Positions 32,601-45,181 of a DNA stretch of 46,561 bases are shown piece after piece (the stretch's first letter is position 1; every line of letters starts with the position of its first letter). The notes beneath the pieces were generated by a model. It searched no databases and was not told the origin of the DNA. It was given only the letters and a program-made list of their open reading frames with translations. The position numbers were made by a program, and so were the translations under genes. This DNA is from Kiritimatiellia bacterium (GTDB taxonomy: Bacteria; Verrucomicrobiota; Kiritimatiellia; RFP12; UBA3636). Location: contig JAFTHC010000132.1 in the NCBI GenBank assembly GCA_017457625.1, forward strand, positions 1 to 46,561, read 5' to 3'.

Positions 32601-35150
32601 CTACGCCCAGCGGACGTAGCCGGGCATCGAGGTGCGCCAGGGGTCGGAGGCCGGGACGACGCGCGCCGAGAAGGCGAACGAGCCGGTCTTGTCGCACGGA
32701 ACCTGGAGCTTGTAGAGGTAGAGCGAGGCGCTGAGCTTCTTCGAGGGCTCCATCGGCAGCGCCGTGCCGCCGTGTACCGCGCCCGAGGCGTCGGGGCGCC
32801 CGAGGAAGAGCTCGACGCGCACGTCCGCCGGGTCGACGCCGTCGAGGCGCACCTTCGCGGTGACCTCGAACGAGTCGCCCACGACGCTGCGCACGAGGTC
32901 GCGGTCGGTCTCGACCGACTCGACGCGGATGCCGTCCCATTTGGCGTAGAGCGCGTTGCGGCGCGCGATGTCCTGGCGCACGGCGGCGAAGTCCTCCGCC
33001 GAGAGCGCGGCGTAGTTGCCCAGCGCGGGCTCGTAGGAGCCGGCGAAGTAGTCCGAGACCATGCGCGTGGAGGAGAAGCGCGAGATCGACATCTTGATCG
33101 ACTCCTTCATCATGCCGATCCAGCGCAGCGGCAGCTCGCCGTGCGGGCGGTCGTAGAAGGCCGGGACGATCTCGCTCTCCAGCAGGTTGTAGAGCGACTG
33201 CGCGTCGTTCCAGTTCTGCTGCCCCTCGTCGGCGAACTCCTGCCCGTCGCCGATCTGCCAGCCGCACTTCTCGCTGTAGCCCTCGGGCCACCAGCCGTCG
33301 AGCGTGGAGACGTGGATCGCGCCGTTCACGCACGCCTTCATGCCGGACGTGCCGGAGGCCTCCATCGGGCGGCGCGGGGTGTTGAGCCACACGTCGACGC
33401 CGCGCACCATGCGGCGCGCGATGTGCATGTTGTAGTTCTCGAGGAAGACGATGCGGCCCTTCACGGCGGGGTCCTTCGAGAACTCGACGATGCGGCGGAT
33501 GAGCTCCTTGCCGCCGTTGTCGGCGGGGTGCGCCTTTCCGGCGAAGACGATCTGGACGGGGTGCGCGTCGTCGCACAGCAGGCGCTTGAGGCGGTCGGGG
33601 TCGGAGAGCAGCAGCGTCGCGCGCTTGTAGGTCGCGAAGCGGCGGGCGAAGCCGATCGTGAGCGCGTCCTTGTCCAGCACGTTGCGGCACGCCTCGACCT
33701 CGGCGGGCGAGGCGTGGCGGCGGCGGGCGGAGCGCTCGAGGATCTCGCGCGCGGAGCGGACGAGGTGCGCGCGCGCGGACTCGTGGACGCGCCAGAGCTC
33801 CTCGTCGGCGATGTGGTCGACGCGGGCGGCCTGCGACTCGGAGATCGGGGCCTTGTCCCAGTCCGGCCCGAGGACCGTGGCGTAGAGCTGCTCGTTGTCC
33901 GTGCTGATCCAGGTCGGGACGTGGATGCCGTTGGTGACGTGGCCGATCGGGACTTCGTCCACCGGGAAGTCCGGCCAGAGGTGGTGCCACATGTCGCGCT
34001 CGACGACGCCGTGCAGCTTCGCGACGCCGTTGCAGAAGAGCGAGCAGTTCAGGCCGAGGATCGTCATCGAGAGCTCGTTGGACGCGTCGCCGGGCGCGCG
34101 GCCGAGGCCCTTCACCGTCTCGGCCGGGAGGCCGCCGTCGCGCTCGAAGGCCTCCAGCTGCGGCCACAGGAGCCCCAGGTCGAAGGTCTCGTTGCCGGCG
34201 GGGACCGGCGTGTGCGTCGTGAAGACCGAGGTGCGGCGCACGAACGCCTTGGCCTCGTCGAACGTGAGGCCGTGGCGCTTCATCGTGTTGGCGATGCGCT
34301 CCGGCCCGAGGAACGCGGCGTGGCCCTCGTTCATGTGCGAGCAGGCGACCTCGAAGCCGAGCGCCTCGACGGCGCGCAGGCCGCCGACGCCCAGCAGCGC
34401 CTCCTGGCGCAGGCGGTTGCGCTTGTCGCCGCCGTAGAGCTGGCCGGTGACGCCGCGCAGCTCGGGCGGGTTCTCGGGGATGTTGGTGTCGAGCAGGATC
34501 AGCGGGATGCGGCCCACGTCGAGCTTCCAGGCGGTGAAGCGCAGCGGGCCCTCGGCGAGCGGAACCTCCAGCAGCAGTGGCTGGCCGTCCTCGCGCAGGC
34601 AGCGCGAGATCGGGAGGCGGTGCACGTCGTTCTCCGGGTAGCCCTCGACCTGCCAGCCGGTGGCGTTGATCTCCTGCTCGAAGTAGCCCTCGCGGTAGAA
34701 CAGGCCGATGCCGACGAGCGGGATGTCCAGGTCCGAGGCGCTCTTGAGGTGGTCGCCGGCGAGGATGCCGAGGCCGCCGGAGTAGATGTGCACGGACTCG
34801 TGCAGGCCGAACTCCATCGAGAAGTAGGCGATCACGCGGCGGTGCGTCTCGGAGGGGTCCTTCCAGTGCTTCGAGGTCTGGACCTCCTTTTCGAACTGCG
34901 CCTCCACGGACCGCATGTGGGCGAGGAAGGAGGGGTCGGCGGCGAGCTCCTCGAGGCGCTCCTGCCCGACATGGGAGAGCAGGCGCACCGGATTGAACTC
35001 CAGCTCGCGGAAGAGCGTGGGGGAGACGCGGCGGAAGAGCGCGGCGGCGTCCGCGTTCCAGCACCACCAGACGTTGTTGGCGAGGCGGGTGAGGAACGAA
35101 AGGTTCTCGGGGACCTTGGGGGCGACGGTGTAGGTGCGGAAGGTAGGCAT
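32601..35150 (-). CDS. glgP: alpha-glucan (glycogen/maltodextrin) phosphorylase, GT35
   Basis: 849-aa ORF. EASGTSGMK pyridoxal-phosphate lysine motif, plus IAYFSMEFG and GGLGILAGDHLKSASD. Confidence 0.9.
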   Translation of the reverse strand: MPTFRTYTVAPKVPENLSFLTRLANNVWWCWNADAAALFRRVSPTLFRELEFNPVRLLSHVGQERLEELAADPSFLAHMRSVEAQFEKEVQTSKHWKDPSETHRRVIAYFSMEFGLHESVHIYSGGLGILAGDHLKSASDLDIPLVGIGLFYREGYFEQEINATGWQVEGYPENDVHRLPISRCLREDGQPLLLEVPLAEGPLRFTAWKLDVGRIPLILLDTNIPENPPELRGVTGQLYGGDKRNRLRQEALLGVGGLRAVEALGFEVACSHMNEGHAAFLGPERIANTMKRHGLTFDEAKAFVRRTSVFTTHTPVPAGNETFDLGLLWPQLEAFERDGGLPAETVKGLGRAPGDASNELSMTILGLNCSLFCNGVAKLHGVVERDMWHHLWPDFPVDEVPIGHVTNGIHVPTWISTDNEQLYATVLGPDWDKAPISESQAARVDHIADEELWRVHESARAHLVRSAREILERSARRRHASPAEVEACRNVLDKDALTIGFARRFATYKRATLLLSDPDRLKRLLCDDAHPVQIVFAGKAHPADNGGKELIRRIVEFSKDPAVKGRIVFLENYNMHIARRMVRGVDVWLNTPRRPMEASGTSGMKACVNGAIHVSTLDGWWPEGYSEKCGWQIGDGQEFADEGQQNWNDAQSLYNLLESEIVPAFYDRPHGELPLRWIGMMKESIKMSISRFSSTRMVSDYFAGSYEPALGNYAALSAEDFAAVRQDIARRNALYAKWDGIRVESVETDRDLVRSVVGDSFEVTAKVRLDGVDPADVRVELFLGRPDASGAVHGGTALPMEPSKKLSASLYLYKLQVPCDKTGSFAFSARVVPASDPWRTSMPGYVRWA

Positions 35151-35153
35151 GGC

Positions 35154-35192
35154 GGTCGGATGGTCGGATGGTCAAATGGTCGGATGGGCGGA
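35154..35192. repeat. 7-8-nt tandem array GGTCGGAT (reverse complement of the CCGACCAT family) in the divergent glgP/clpC intergenic region
   Basis: GGTCGGATGGTCGGATGGTCAAATGGTCGGATGGGCGGA read directly. Confidence 0.75.
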
Positions 35193-35257
35193 CGGGGCGG
35201 GGTGGGTGAAAAACGGCGCGCGAGTCTAGCAAAACCGCCACGGCGGGGCAAGCGGCC

Positions 35258-35286
35258 TTGCGCGCGCGGGGTGATTTTGCTAGGCT
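35258..35286 (+). promoter_or_regulatory. sigma70-type promoter, leaderless configuration
   Basis: TTGCGC (35258-35263), 17 bp, TAGGCT (35281-35286). The ATG at 35295 lies 8 nt downstream. Confidence 0.45.
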
Positions 35287-35294
35287 TCCGGGCC

Positions 35295-37922
<2,628 letters not shown>

Positions 37923-37937
37923 AAGGAGAAATACCAC

Positions 37938-39176
37938 ATGAAACACACGATTCTTTCCACCCTCGCCCTCGCCGGCTTCGCCGCCGTCTCGCTCGCGGAC
38001 GAACCCGAGGCCGTCACCACCGCCACCCCCGCCGCGGACCCCGCGCCCGCCGCCGCCGAAGCGCCCGCCGCCGAAGCGCCCGCCGCCGAAGCGCCCGCGC
38101 CGGTTGCCGAAGTGCCCGCCGCGGACCCCGCGCCCGCCGCCGAAGCGAGTCCTGACGGCGAGGCTCCGTCCTCGCCGACCGCGGTCCGCATCGACGGCAA
38201 GCCCGCGATCTCGGTCGAGGAGCTCGACGAAATGACCGCCGGCATCCTTTCGCAATACGCGCGCCGGATTCCGCCCGAGATGATCGAGGAGGCCCGCGCC
38301 GACATCCGCCGCCGCGCCACGCAGAACCTCATCGACCAGCGCCTGCTCGTCGCCGAAGCCGTGAAGCTCGGCGTGACGGTTTCCCCCGAGGAGAAACTCG
38401 AGGCCCTCGCCGAGATGACCGGCGGCATCACGAACCTGGAGACCGTCGCGCTCATGTCCGGCACGACGGCCGAGAAGTTCGACCGGATGTTCTCCGAGTC
38501 CGTCCTCGCGAGCAAGGTCGTGGCGATGCAGACCAACGGCCTGGCGGAGCCGACCGAGGAAGAGGCCAAGGCCCGCTTCGAGCGCATCGTCGCCGAGCAT
38601 CCCGAGGCCCGCCACGCGGACGCGAAGGTCCGCGCCTCGCACATCCTCGTGATGGCGGAAAAGGGCAAGGCCACGCCCGAAGAGGACGCCGCGGCCCTCG
38701 CGAAGATCACCGCCCTGCGCGAGCGCGCGCTCGCCGGCGAGGACTTCGCGCAACTCGCCCGCGAAAACTCCGACTGCCCCTCCAAGGAGCGCGGCGGCGA
38801 CCTGGGCGAGTTCGGCCACGGCCAGATGGTTCCCGAGTTCGACAAGGCCGCCTTCGAGCAGCCCGTCGGCGAAATCGGCGAAATCGTCAAGACGAGTTTC
38901 GGCTACCACATCATCAAGGTGACCGACCGCAACGACGCCAAGGACGTCGAGTTCGACGACGTGAAGGACACGATCCTCGAAGGTCTCCGCCGCGAAGCGG
39001 TCGCCCAGAAGATCCAGGCCTACCTCTCGGGCCTGCGCGACGCCGCCAAGATCGAAATCGTCGAGCGCGCGGTCGTCTCCGAGCCCGTCGAAATCAAGTT
39101 CCCCGGGCCCGCGGCGCCGGCCGAAGAACCCGCGGCCGCGGACGGGCCCGCCCCCGAGGAGCCCGCCGCGGAGTAG
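37938..39176 (+). CDS. secreted PpiC/parvulin-type peptidyl-prolyl isomerase (SurA/PrsA-like)
   Basis: Signal peptide MKHTILSTLALAGFAAVSLA, AEAPA repeats, and the parvulin core ASHILV...GGDLGEFGHGQMVPEFD...SFGYHIIKV. AAAGGAGA Shine-Dalgarno sequence. Confidence 0.85.
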   Translation: MKHTILSTLALAGFAAVSLADEPEAVTTATPAADPAPAAAEAPAAEAPAAEAPAPVAEVPAADPAPAAEASPDGEAPSSPTAVRIDGKPAISVEELDEMTAGILSQYARRIPPEMIEEARADIRRRATQNLIDQRLLVAEAVKLGVTVSPEEKLEALAEMTGGITNLETVALMSGTTAEKFDRMFSESVLASKVVAMQTNGLAEPTEEEAKARFERIVAEHPEARHADAKVRASHILVMAEKGKATPEEDAAALAKITALRERALAGEDFAQLARENSDCPSKERGGDLGEFGHGQMVPEFDKAAFEQPVGEIGEIVKTSFGYHIIKVTDRNDAKDVEFDDVKDTILEGLRREAVAQKIQAYLSGLRDAAKIEIVERAVVSEPVEIKFPGPAAPAEEPAAADGPAPEEPAAE

Positions 39177-39179
39177 CCC

Positions 39180-39848
39180 ATGGCCCACCTGCTCGAAAAA
39201 TCGCCGTCCGGCCTCTCCCGGCGCATCGACCTGCCGCCCAAGGACAAGCTGTTCCTCGGCCGCTCGCAGACGCGCGCCGACGTGGTCGTGAGCGGCGCGG
39301 CCGTCTCCGGCCGCCACTGCTCGCTCGCGCGCCGCGGCGACGCGTTCCTCCTCGCGGACGAAGGTTCGACCAACGGCACCGCGCTCAACGGGACGGAGAT
39401 CGGCTCGACCCCCGTGCCCGTCTGGCGCGGCGACGAACTCAAGCTCGGCGACGCGGTCTTCGTCCTCGCCGGCGAGGACGTCCCCGAGCGCCCGGCTTCG
39501 CCGGACCCCGCCGCGCCCGCGCCCGGCGCCGCGCCGGCGCCCGTGCCCGGCGGCCGCGCCGGCATCCGCCCGCTCGGAGGCGCGCCGGTCCCGGCGGCCC
39601 CGCCTCCCGCGGCGGCGCCATCCGCCGCACCCCGCCACGCGGGCCCGCTGCGCGCCACCGCGGCCGCCGCGGAAGCCGCCGGTTCGGCCGGCGCCATCCG
39701 CTTCGACAACGCCGGCGGCGGCGGCGCGAACGCCGCCGCGTTCAAGCGCAAGCGCAACGACGGCCCGGTCTGGATCGCCGTGATCGTCCTCGGCGTCCTC
39801 GTCGCCCTCGGCCTGCTCGCGCTGTTCCTGCGCGGGATGGGCTCCTAG
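39180..39848 (+). CDS. FHA domain protein with C-terminal transmembrane helix
   Basis: LFLGRSQ...VSGRHCSL...STNGTALNG...GDELKLGD, and C-terminal VWIAVIVLGVLVALGLLALFL. Confidence 0.8.
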   Translation: MAHLLEKSPSGLSRRIDLPPKDKLFLGRSQTRADVVVSGAAVSGRHCSLARRGDAFLLADEGSTNGTALNGTEIGSTPVPVWRGDELKLGDAVFVLAGEDVPERPASPDPAAPAPGAAPAPVPGGRAGIRPLGGAPVPAAPPPAAAPSAAPRHAGPLRATAAAAEAAGSAGAIRFDNAGGGGANAAAFKRKRNDGPVWIAVIVLGVLVALGLLALFLRGMGS

Positions 39849-39855
39849 CTCGGCC

Positions 39856-40332
39856 ATGCAGCGCGTCGGCTTCGGCTTCGACATCCACCGCCTCGTCCCG
39901 GGGCGGCGGCTCGTGCTGTGCGGCTGCCCGTTCGATTCGCCCGTCGGCCTGCTCGGCCATTCGGACGCCGACGCGCCGCTGCACGCGCTCATGGACGCGC
40001 TCCTGGGCGCCGCCGCGCTCGGCGACATCGGCCACCTGTTCCCCGACACGGACCCCGCATGGGAAGGCGCCGACTCGATGGACCTGCTGCGCGAAGTCGC
40101 GCGCCGCGTCGCCGCCGGCGGCTGGCGCGTCGCCAACGTCGACGTCACGATCCTCGCCGAAGCGCCCAAGATCGCGCCGCGCTCCGCCGAGATGCGCGAG
40201 CGCATGGCCGGCGGCCTCGGCCTCCCGGTCGACCGCGTCTCGCTCAAGGCCACCACGATGGAGAAGCTCGGCCCGATCGGCGCGCGCGAAGCCATCGCCG
40301 CGCAGGCCGTCGCCCTGCTCGAAAAGGACTAG
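39856..40332 (+). CDS. ispF: 2-C-methyl-D-erythritol 2,4-cyclodiphosphate synthase
   Basis: GFGFDIHRL, GHSDADAPLHAL and LGDIGHLFPDTDP are canonical IspF motifs. Confidence 0.92.
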   Translation: MQRVGFGFDIHRLVPGRRLVLCGCPFDSPVGLLGHSDADAPLHALMDALLGAAALGDIGHLFPDTDPAWEGADSMDLLREVARRVAAGGWRVANVDVTILAEAPKIAPRSAEMRERMAGGLGLPVDRVSLKATTMEKLGPIGAREAIAAQAVALLEKD

Positions 40333-40334
40333 CC

Positions 40335-41750
40335 ATGGACCTTTCGTTCTACAATTCGCTCACGCGCCGCGTCGAACCGCTGCGGCCGCTCGTCCCCGGC
40401 ACGGTCCGCATGTATACCTGCGGCCCCACGGTCTACAACTACGCGCACATCGGCAACTTCCGCGCCTACATGTTCGAGGACCTGCTGCGCCGCACGCTCG
40501 AATACGCGGGGCTCGCGGTCACGCACGTGATGAACCTCACGGACGTGGACGACAAGACGATCCGCGGCTCGCGCGCGGCCGGCGTCCCGCTGCGCGACTA
40601 CACCGCCACCTACAAGAAGGCGTTTTTCGAGGACCTCGACACGCTCGGCATCGAGCGCGCCACGGTCTACCCGGCCGCGACCGACCACGTCCCGGAGATG
40701 ATCGCGCTGATCGGGAAGCTGTTCGAAAAGGGCTACGCCTACCAGGCGCCCGACAAGTCGGTCTACTTCTCCGTCGCCAAGGACCCCGACTACGGCAAGC
40801 TCGCGCACCTGGACCGCTCCGGCATGCGCGCCTCGGTGCGCATCTCCAACGACGAATACGCCAAGGACGACGTGGGCGACTTCGCGCTCTGGAAGGCGTG
40901 GGACGAAGCGGACGGCGACGTGAAATGGGATTCCCCGTGGGGTCCCGGCCGCCCCGGCTGGCACATCGAATGCTCCGCCATGAGCGCCAAGTATCTCGGC
41001 GAAACCTTCGACATCCACACCGGCGGCATCGACAACCTCTTCCCGCACCACGAAAACGAAATCGCCCAGGCCGAATGCGCCACCGGCAAACCCTTCGTGA
41101 AGCTCTGGATGCACTGCGCGCACCTGCGCGTGGACGGCGAGAAAATGTCCAAGAGCGCCGGCAACTTCTACACCCTGCGCGATCTCCTCGCCAAGGGCTA
41201 CACCGGCCGCGAGATCCGCTACGTGCTCCTCGGCGGCCACTACCGCCAGCCGCTCAACTTCGCCTTCGACGCGCTCGCCGCCTCTCGCACCGCCCTTTCC
41301 CGCATCGACGAGTTCACGGTGCGCATGGAAGCCCTGGCCGCCACCGCGGGGGGCCCGGTCGGGAGTCCTGACGGCCAGGCTCCGTCCTGGCCGGACAAGC
41401 ACCTCGAGTCCTTCGCCTCCGCCCTCGCCGACGACCTCAACTCCCCGCTCGCCTTCGCGGCGGTCTTCGCGCTCGTGAACGAGGGCAACCGCCTCGCGCA
41501 GGCCGGCTCGCTCGACGCCGCGGGCGCCGCGGCCGCGCTCGCGGCGCTCGCGAAGATGGACGCGGTCCTGGGCGTTCTCGCGCGCCCCGCCGCCGCGATC
41601 CCCGCGGAGGTGCAGGCGCTCCTCGACGAGCGCGCCGCCGTGCGCCGGGCGAAGAACTGGGCCGAATCCGACCGCCTCCGCGACGCCATCGCCGCCCTCG
41701 GCTGGACCGTCAAGGACACCAAGGACGGCCCCCGCCTCTCCAAGTCCTGA
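40335..41750 (+). CDS. cysS: cysteine--tRNA ligase
   Basis: [16 protein letters not shown] (HIGH-type motif), WHIECS and KMSKSAGN. The ATG at 40335 is in frame with ORF 39918..41750. Confidence 0.92.
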   Translation: MDLSFYNSLTRRVEPLRPLVPGTVRMYTCGPTVYNYAHIGNFRAYMFEDLLRRTLEYAGLAVTHVMNLTDVDDKTIRGSRAAGVPLRDYTATYKKAFFEDLDTLGIERATVYPAATDHVPEMIALIGKLFEKGYAYQAPDKSVYFSVAKDPDYGKLAHLDRSGMRASVRISNDEYAKDDVGDFALWKAWDEADGDVKWDSPWGPGRPGWHIECSAMSAKYLGETFDIHTGGIDNLFPHHENEIAQAECATGKPFVKLWMHCAHLRVDGEKMSKSAGNFYTLRDLLAKGYTGREIRYVLLGGHYRQPLNFAFDALAASRTALSRIDEFTVRMEALAATAGGPVGSPDGQAPSWPDKHLESFASALADDLNSPLAFAAVFALVNEGNRLAQAGSLDAAGAAAALAALAKMDAVLGVLARPAAAIPAEVQALLDERAAVRRAKNWAESDRLRDAIAALGWTVKDTKDGPRLSKS

Positions 41751-41760
41751 CTTTTCCTTC

Positions 41761-44700
41761 ATGCCCGTTCCGCAAGCATTCGACTTCACCCCCGACGAAA
41801 TCCGCGCGTGGGGCGACCGCGCCTCCTGCGAGGCCGGCGAAAAGGCCGCCGAGCGCGGCTACGTCACGCGCGCCGAATACGACCCCGCCACGCGCACCGC
41901 GCGCGGCGTCGTGGCCGTGAACGGCACCGCCGTGGAGACCTCCTTCACGGTGCGCCCCAACCGGACGATCGTGGACAACCGCTGCCCCTGCCCCGCCTCG
42001 CAGAAACGCGGGCTCGTCTGCTTCCACATGCTCGCCGTGGCCTGGACGCTGCAGAAGCGCGCGGCCCTCGCCCGCCACGACGACAAGCGCGCCGCCGAGG
42101 CCGAACACGCCCGGCGCGTGGCCGAGGCGCTCGCCCGCGGCGAGAGCGTGACGCGCGACCTCGCCCGCGGCGTCCCCGTCTCGTTGCGGCTCGCCGTCCC
42201 GCGCGACTGGGCCGCCCGTTTCGCGGACGGCACGGTCCCGCTCTCGATTTCGCTCGCGCGCGACGAAGAGCCGGAAAAGGCGCCCCGCCCGATTTCCGAA
42301 TACGTGCTTTCGAAGACGCCGATCCGCCTCTCCGAAGAGGACGACAACATTCTCTTCATCCTCGAAGACGTCGCCGAAGGTTCGCTCGTCTCGCCCGTGC
42401 GGCTCAACCGGAACTACTTCGTCTGGCTCCTCGGCATGCTCGGCAAGCTCGGGCATCCGCTCCTGTGCCGCTCGGGCCCGATGCGCGTCATGCCGCCTTC
42501 CGCGGCCGTCCCCTCGCACCTGCTCGCGTCCTTCGACGCGGACACCGGCGAAATCCTCCTCGCGCTCAACACCGACGTGCCCGGTCTGCCCGAAGGCACG
42601 GTCCCGGACTACGTCGTCTTCGGCCCGCACGGATTCGCGTTCGCGGGCGGCGTGTTCTGGCCGCTCAAGGCGGTCCTGCCGGTCGTCTACCAGAAGGTCT
42701 ACGCCGACACGATCGCGATCCCGCGCATCGGCACGCGCAACTTCCTCGAACACGAGCTGCCCGCGCTGCGGCGCTCCTTCGACGTGCGCTGCGAGTTCGA
42801 CCCGGACCTGTTCTCCTGGACCCCCGCCACGCCCGGGTTCCGCCTCGTCGCCACCGCCACCAACGGCGCCTGGCCGCTCGCGCCGGACAAGATCGGCGTG
42901 CACACCGTCCTGCATCTCTCGCTCTTCGCCGTCTACCCGCCCGCCGCGCCCGGCGGCGCGCCGGTGCAGGTCGAAGCCGCCGGCCCGGGCGCGGACGTCT
43001 CGATCCCCGCGCCCGACGACCCCTATTCGTATTTCGTGCGCAACGGCGACGCCGAGCGCGCCGCGCTCGGTTCGCTGCCGCAGTTCGGGATCGCGGGGGC
43101 GGACGGCTCGCGCGACGGCGCCTCGATGCGCGGCTCCGCGCTCGCCCCGCTCGCGGGCGAAGAGGCGCTGCTCTCGTTCCTCGCGGCGACCGTCCCCGCG
43201 CTCGAATCGCGCGAAGGCTGGTCCGTCTCGCTCGAAGGCGCGCTCTCCGCGCTCTCCATGCGCTACGACCGCGTCGCCACCGTCGTGCACGCCGTCGACT
43301 CGCCCGGCGTTCCCGGGTCGTTCGATTTCGGCTACTCGTTCAAGAGCGCGTCGCGCTCCGTCGACATCCCCGCGCACGACGTCCGCGCCGCGAAGAACAA
43401 CGGCCTGTGCTGGCTGCCCGGCCGCACGCACCGCCCCGTGCTCTTCGACCCGGCCGCGCTGGACGCCCTCACGCGCGTCGAGCACGAATGCGGCGTCGCC
43501 GAACGCGGCGAAACGAGCGCCCTGCACCGCATTCCGGCCGTCCACGCGCCGTTCGTCCTCGCGGCCGTCGAGCGCCTCGCGCGCTCGGGCGTCGTCTTCG
43601 ACGCCGCCTCCTCCGCCTGGGTCGAACGCACGCGCCGCACGCTCGCCCACGACGCCGACGCGGAGGACCGCGCCGTCGTCCCCGAGCCGCTGCGCTCCAC
43701 GCTGCGCCCCTACCAGCGCGCCGGCGTCGCCTGGCTGCGCTGGCTCGAGCGCAACCGCTACGCCGGCATCCTCGCCGACGAAATGGGCCTCGGCAAGACC
43801 GTCCAGACGCTCGCCTGGCTCGCGCTGCCGCGCTTCCGCGAAGACGACCGCGGCCGCCCGGCGCTCGTCGTCTGCCCCACGTCGCTGGTCGAAAACTGGG
43901 TGCACGAGGCGCGGCAGTTCACGCCGGGCCTCGGGCTTCTGGCCTACGCCGGCGCCGACCGCGCCGCGCTGCGCGGCGAGGCCGAGGGAGCGGACCTCGT
44001 CGTCACGAGCTACGCGATCCTGCGGCGCGACGTGGAGTGGCTCTCCTCCGTCCCGTTCTCGGCCGTCGTCCTCGACGAAGCGCAGAACATCAAGAACCAG
44101 CGCACCCAGAGCGCCCAGGCCGCCAAGCTCCTGCAGGCCCCCTCCAAGCTCGTCCTCACCGGCACCCCGATCGAGAACTCGCTCGCGGACCTGTGGAGCA
44201 TCGCGGACTTCCTGATGCGGGGCTATCTCGGCAAATACGACGAGTTCAAGGCCGAATACGAAGCCCCCGTGTCGCTGCTCGGCGACCCGGCCGCGCGCCC
44301 GGCCGACCGGCGCGAGGCGCAGCGCGCGCTCGACCGCCTGCGCGACAAGATCCGCCCGTTCCTGCTGCGCCGCCTCAAGGCCGACGTGGCCAAGGACCTG
44401 CCCGCCAAAATCGTCCAGAACTCCTGGCCCGAGCTCACGCCCGACCAGCGCCGCGTCTACGACGAGGTCTGGGCGGCGCAGCGCGGCGCCATTTCGGAGG
44501 CCATCGCGCGCGACGGTTTCGAAAAGTCCCGCATGGTCGTCCTCACCGCGCTGCTGCGCCTGCGCCAGGTCTGCTGCGACCTGCGCCTGCTCGGGGACGA
44601 AAACCCGCTGCCGGACTCCGCCGAGCCTTCCGGCAAGACCGAGCAGCTCCTCGAACTGCTCGACCAGGTGCGGGACGGCGGCCACCGCACGCTCGTCTTC

Positions 44701-45141
44701 TCGCAGTTCGTCGAGATGCTCAAACTCCTGCGCGCCGAGCTGGACGCGCGCGGCATCCCCTACTGCTACCTCGACGGGTCTTCGACCGACCGCCTCGAAA
44801 CCGTCCACCGCTTCAACACGGACGCGTCCATCCCCGTCTTCCTCATCTCGCTCAAGGCCGGCGGCACGGGTCTCAACCTCGTGGGCGCGGACGAAGTCGT
44901 CCTCTTCGATCCGTGGTGGAACCCCTCGATCGAAGACCAGGCGATCGACCGCGCGCACCGCATCGGGCAGAAGCGGACCGTCCACGCCTTCAAGCTCGTC
45001 ACGCCCGGCACGATCGAGGAAAAGGTCCTCGCCATGCAGCGGCGCAAGCGCGCCGTGATCGCCGCCACCATCTCGGCCACCGACCAGGCCGCCGCCGCGT
45101 CGCTCACGATGGACGACGTCCGCCAGCTCTTCGACCTGTAG
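41761..45141 (+). CDS. SNF2-family helicase with N-terminal SWIM zinc finger
   Basis: CPCPASQKRGLVCFHMLAV (SWIM CxCx..CxH), LADEMGLGKTVQ, VLDEAQNIKN, LKAGGTGLNL and DPWWNPSIEDQAIDRAHRIGQ. Confidence 0.9.
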   Translation: MPVPQAFDFTPDEIRAWGDRASCEAGEKAAERGYVTRAEYDPATRTARGVVAVNGTAVETSFTVRPNRTIVDNRCPCPASQKRGLVCFHMLAVAWTLQKRAALARHDDKRAAEAEHARRVAEALARGESVTRDLARGVPVSLRLAVPRDWAARFADGTVPLSISLARDEEPEKAPRPISEYVLSKTPIRLSEEDDNILFILEDVAEGSLVSPVRLNRNYFVWLLGMLGKLGHPLLCRSGPMRVMPPSAAVPSHLLASFDADTGEILLALNTDVPGLPEGTVPDYVVFGPHGFAFAGGVFWPLKAVLPVVYQKVYADTIAIPRIGTRNFLEHELPALRRSFDVRCEFDPDLFSWTPATPGFRLVATATNGAWPLAPDKIGVHTVLHLSLFAVYPPAAPGGAPVQVEAAGPGADVSIPAPDDPYSYFVRNGDAERAALGSLPQFGIAGADGSRDGASMRGSALAPLAGEEALLSFLAATVPALESREGWSVSLEGALSALSMRYDRVATVVHAVDSPGVPGSFDFGYSFKSASRSVDIPAHDVRAAKNNGLCWLPGRTHRPVLFDPAALDALTRVEHECGVAERGETSALHRIPAVHAPFVLAAVERLARSGVVFDAASSAWVERTRRTLAHDADAEDRAVVPEPLRSTLRPYQRAGVAWLRWLERNRYAGILADEMGLGKTVQTLAWLALPRFREDDRGRPALVVCPTSLVENWVHEARQFTPGLGLLAYAGADRAALRGEAEGADLVVTSYAILRRDVEWLSSVPFSAVVLDEAQNIKNQRTQSAQAAKLLQAPSKLVLTGTPIENSLADLWSIADFLMRGYLGKYDEFKAEYEAPVSLLGDPAARPADRREAQRALDRLRDKIRPFLLRRLKADVAKDLPAKIVQNSWPELTPDQRRVYDEVWAAQRGAISEAIARDGFEKSRMVVLTALLRLRQVCCDLRLLGDENPLPDSAEPSGKTEQLLELLDQVRDGGHRTLVFSQFVEMLKLLRAELDARGIPYCYLDGSSTDRLETVHRFNTDASIPVFLISLKAGGTGLNLVGADEVVLFDPWWNPSIEDQAIDRAHRIGQKRTVHAFKLVTPGTIEEKVLAMQRRKRAVIAATISATDQAAAASLTMDDVRQLFDL

Positions 45142-45143
45142 CC

Positions 45144-45173
45144 TTGCCGCCCGGCGGCGCGTTCTGCTAGAAT
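45144..45173 (+). promoter_or_regulatory. sigma70-type promoter (extended -10), leaderless configuration
   Basis: TTGCCG (45144-45149), 18 bp, TGcTAGAAT (-10 at 45168-45173). The ATG at 45182 lies 8 nt downstream. Confidence 0.5.
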
Positions 45174-45181
45174 CGGCCGCC

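Noticed and set aside
31845-35294. The 5' 1150 codons of the 2025-aa + strand ORF 31845..37922.
   Set aside because: This part is antisense to glgP and is Arg/Ala/Pro junk. Protein-like sequence (Clp_N repeats) starts only at the ATG at 35295, which also has a promoter 8 nt upstream.
39180-39848. Treating the FHA-TM protein as a component of the kinase island.
   Set aside because: It is separated from the island by glgP and clpC and is embedded in a tight PPIase-FHA-ispF-cysS gene string, so it is more likely a housekeeping gene. A functional link to the island kinases cannot be judged from sequence.
41761-45141. SWIM-SNF2 helicase as part of a defence system.
   Set aside because: It sits among housekeeping genes (cysS, nadK) with no nuclease or methylase partner adjacent. 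This architecture is widespread as a stand-alone bacterial gene, so nothing here marks it as unusual.
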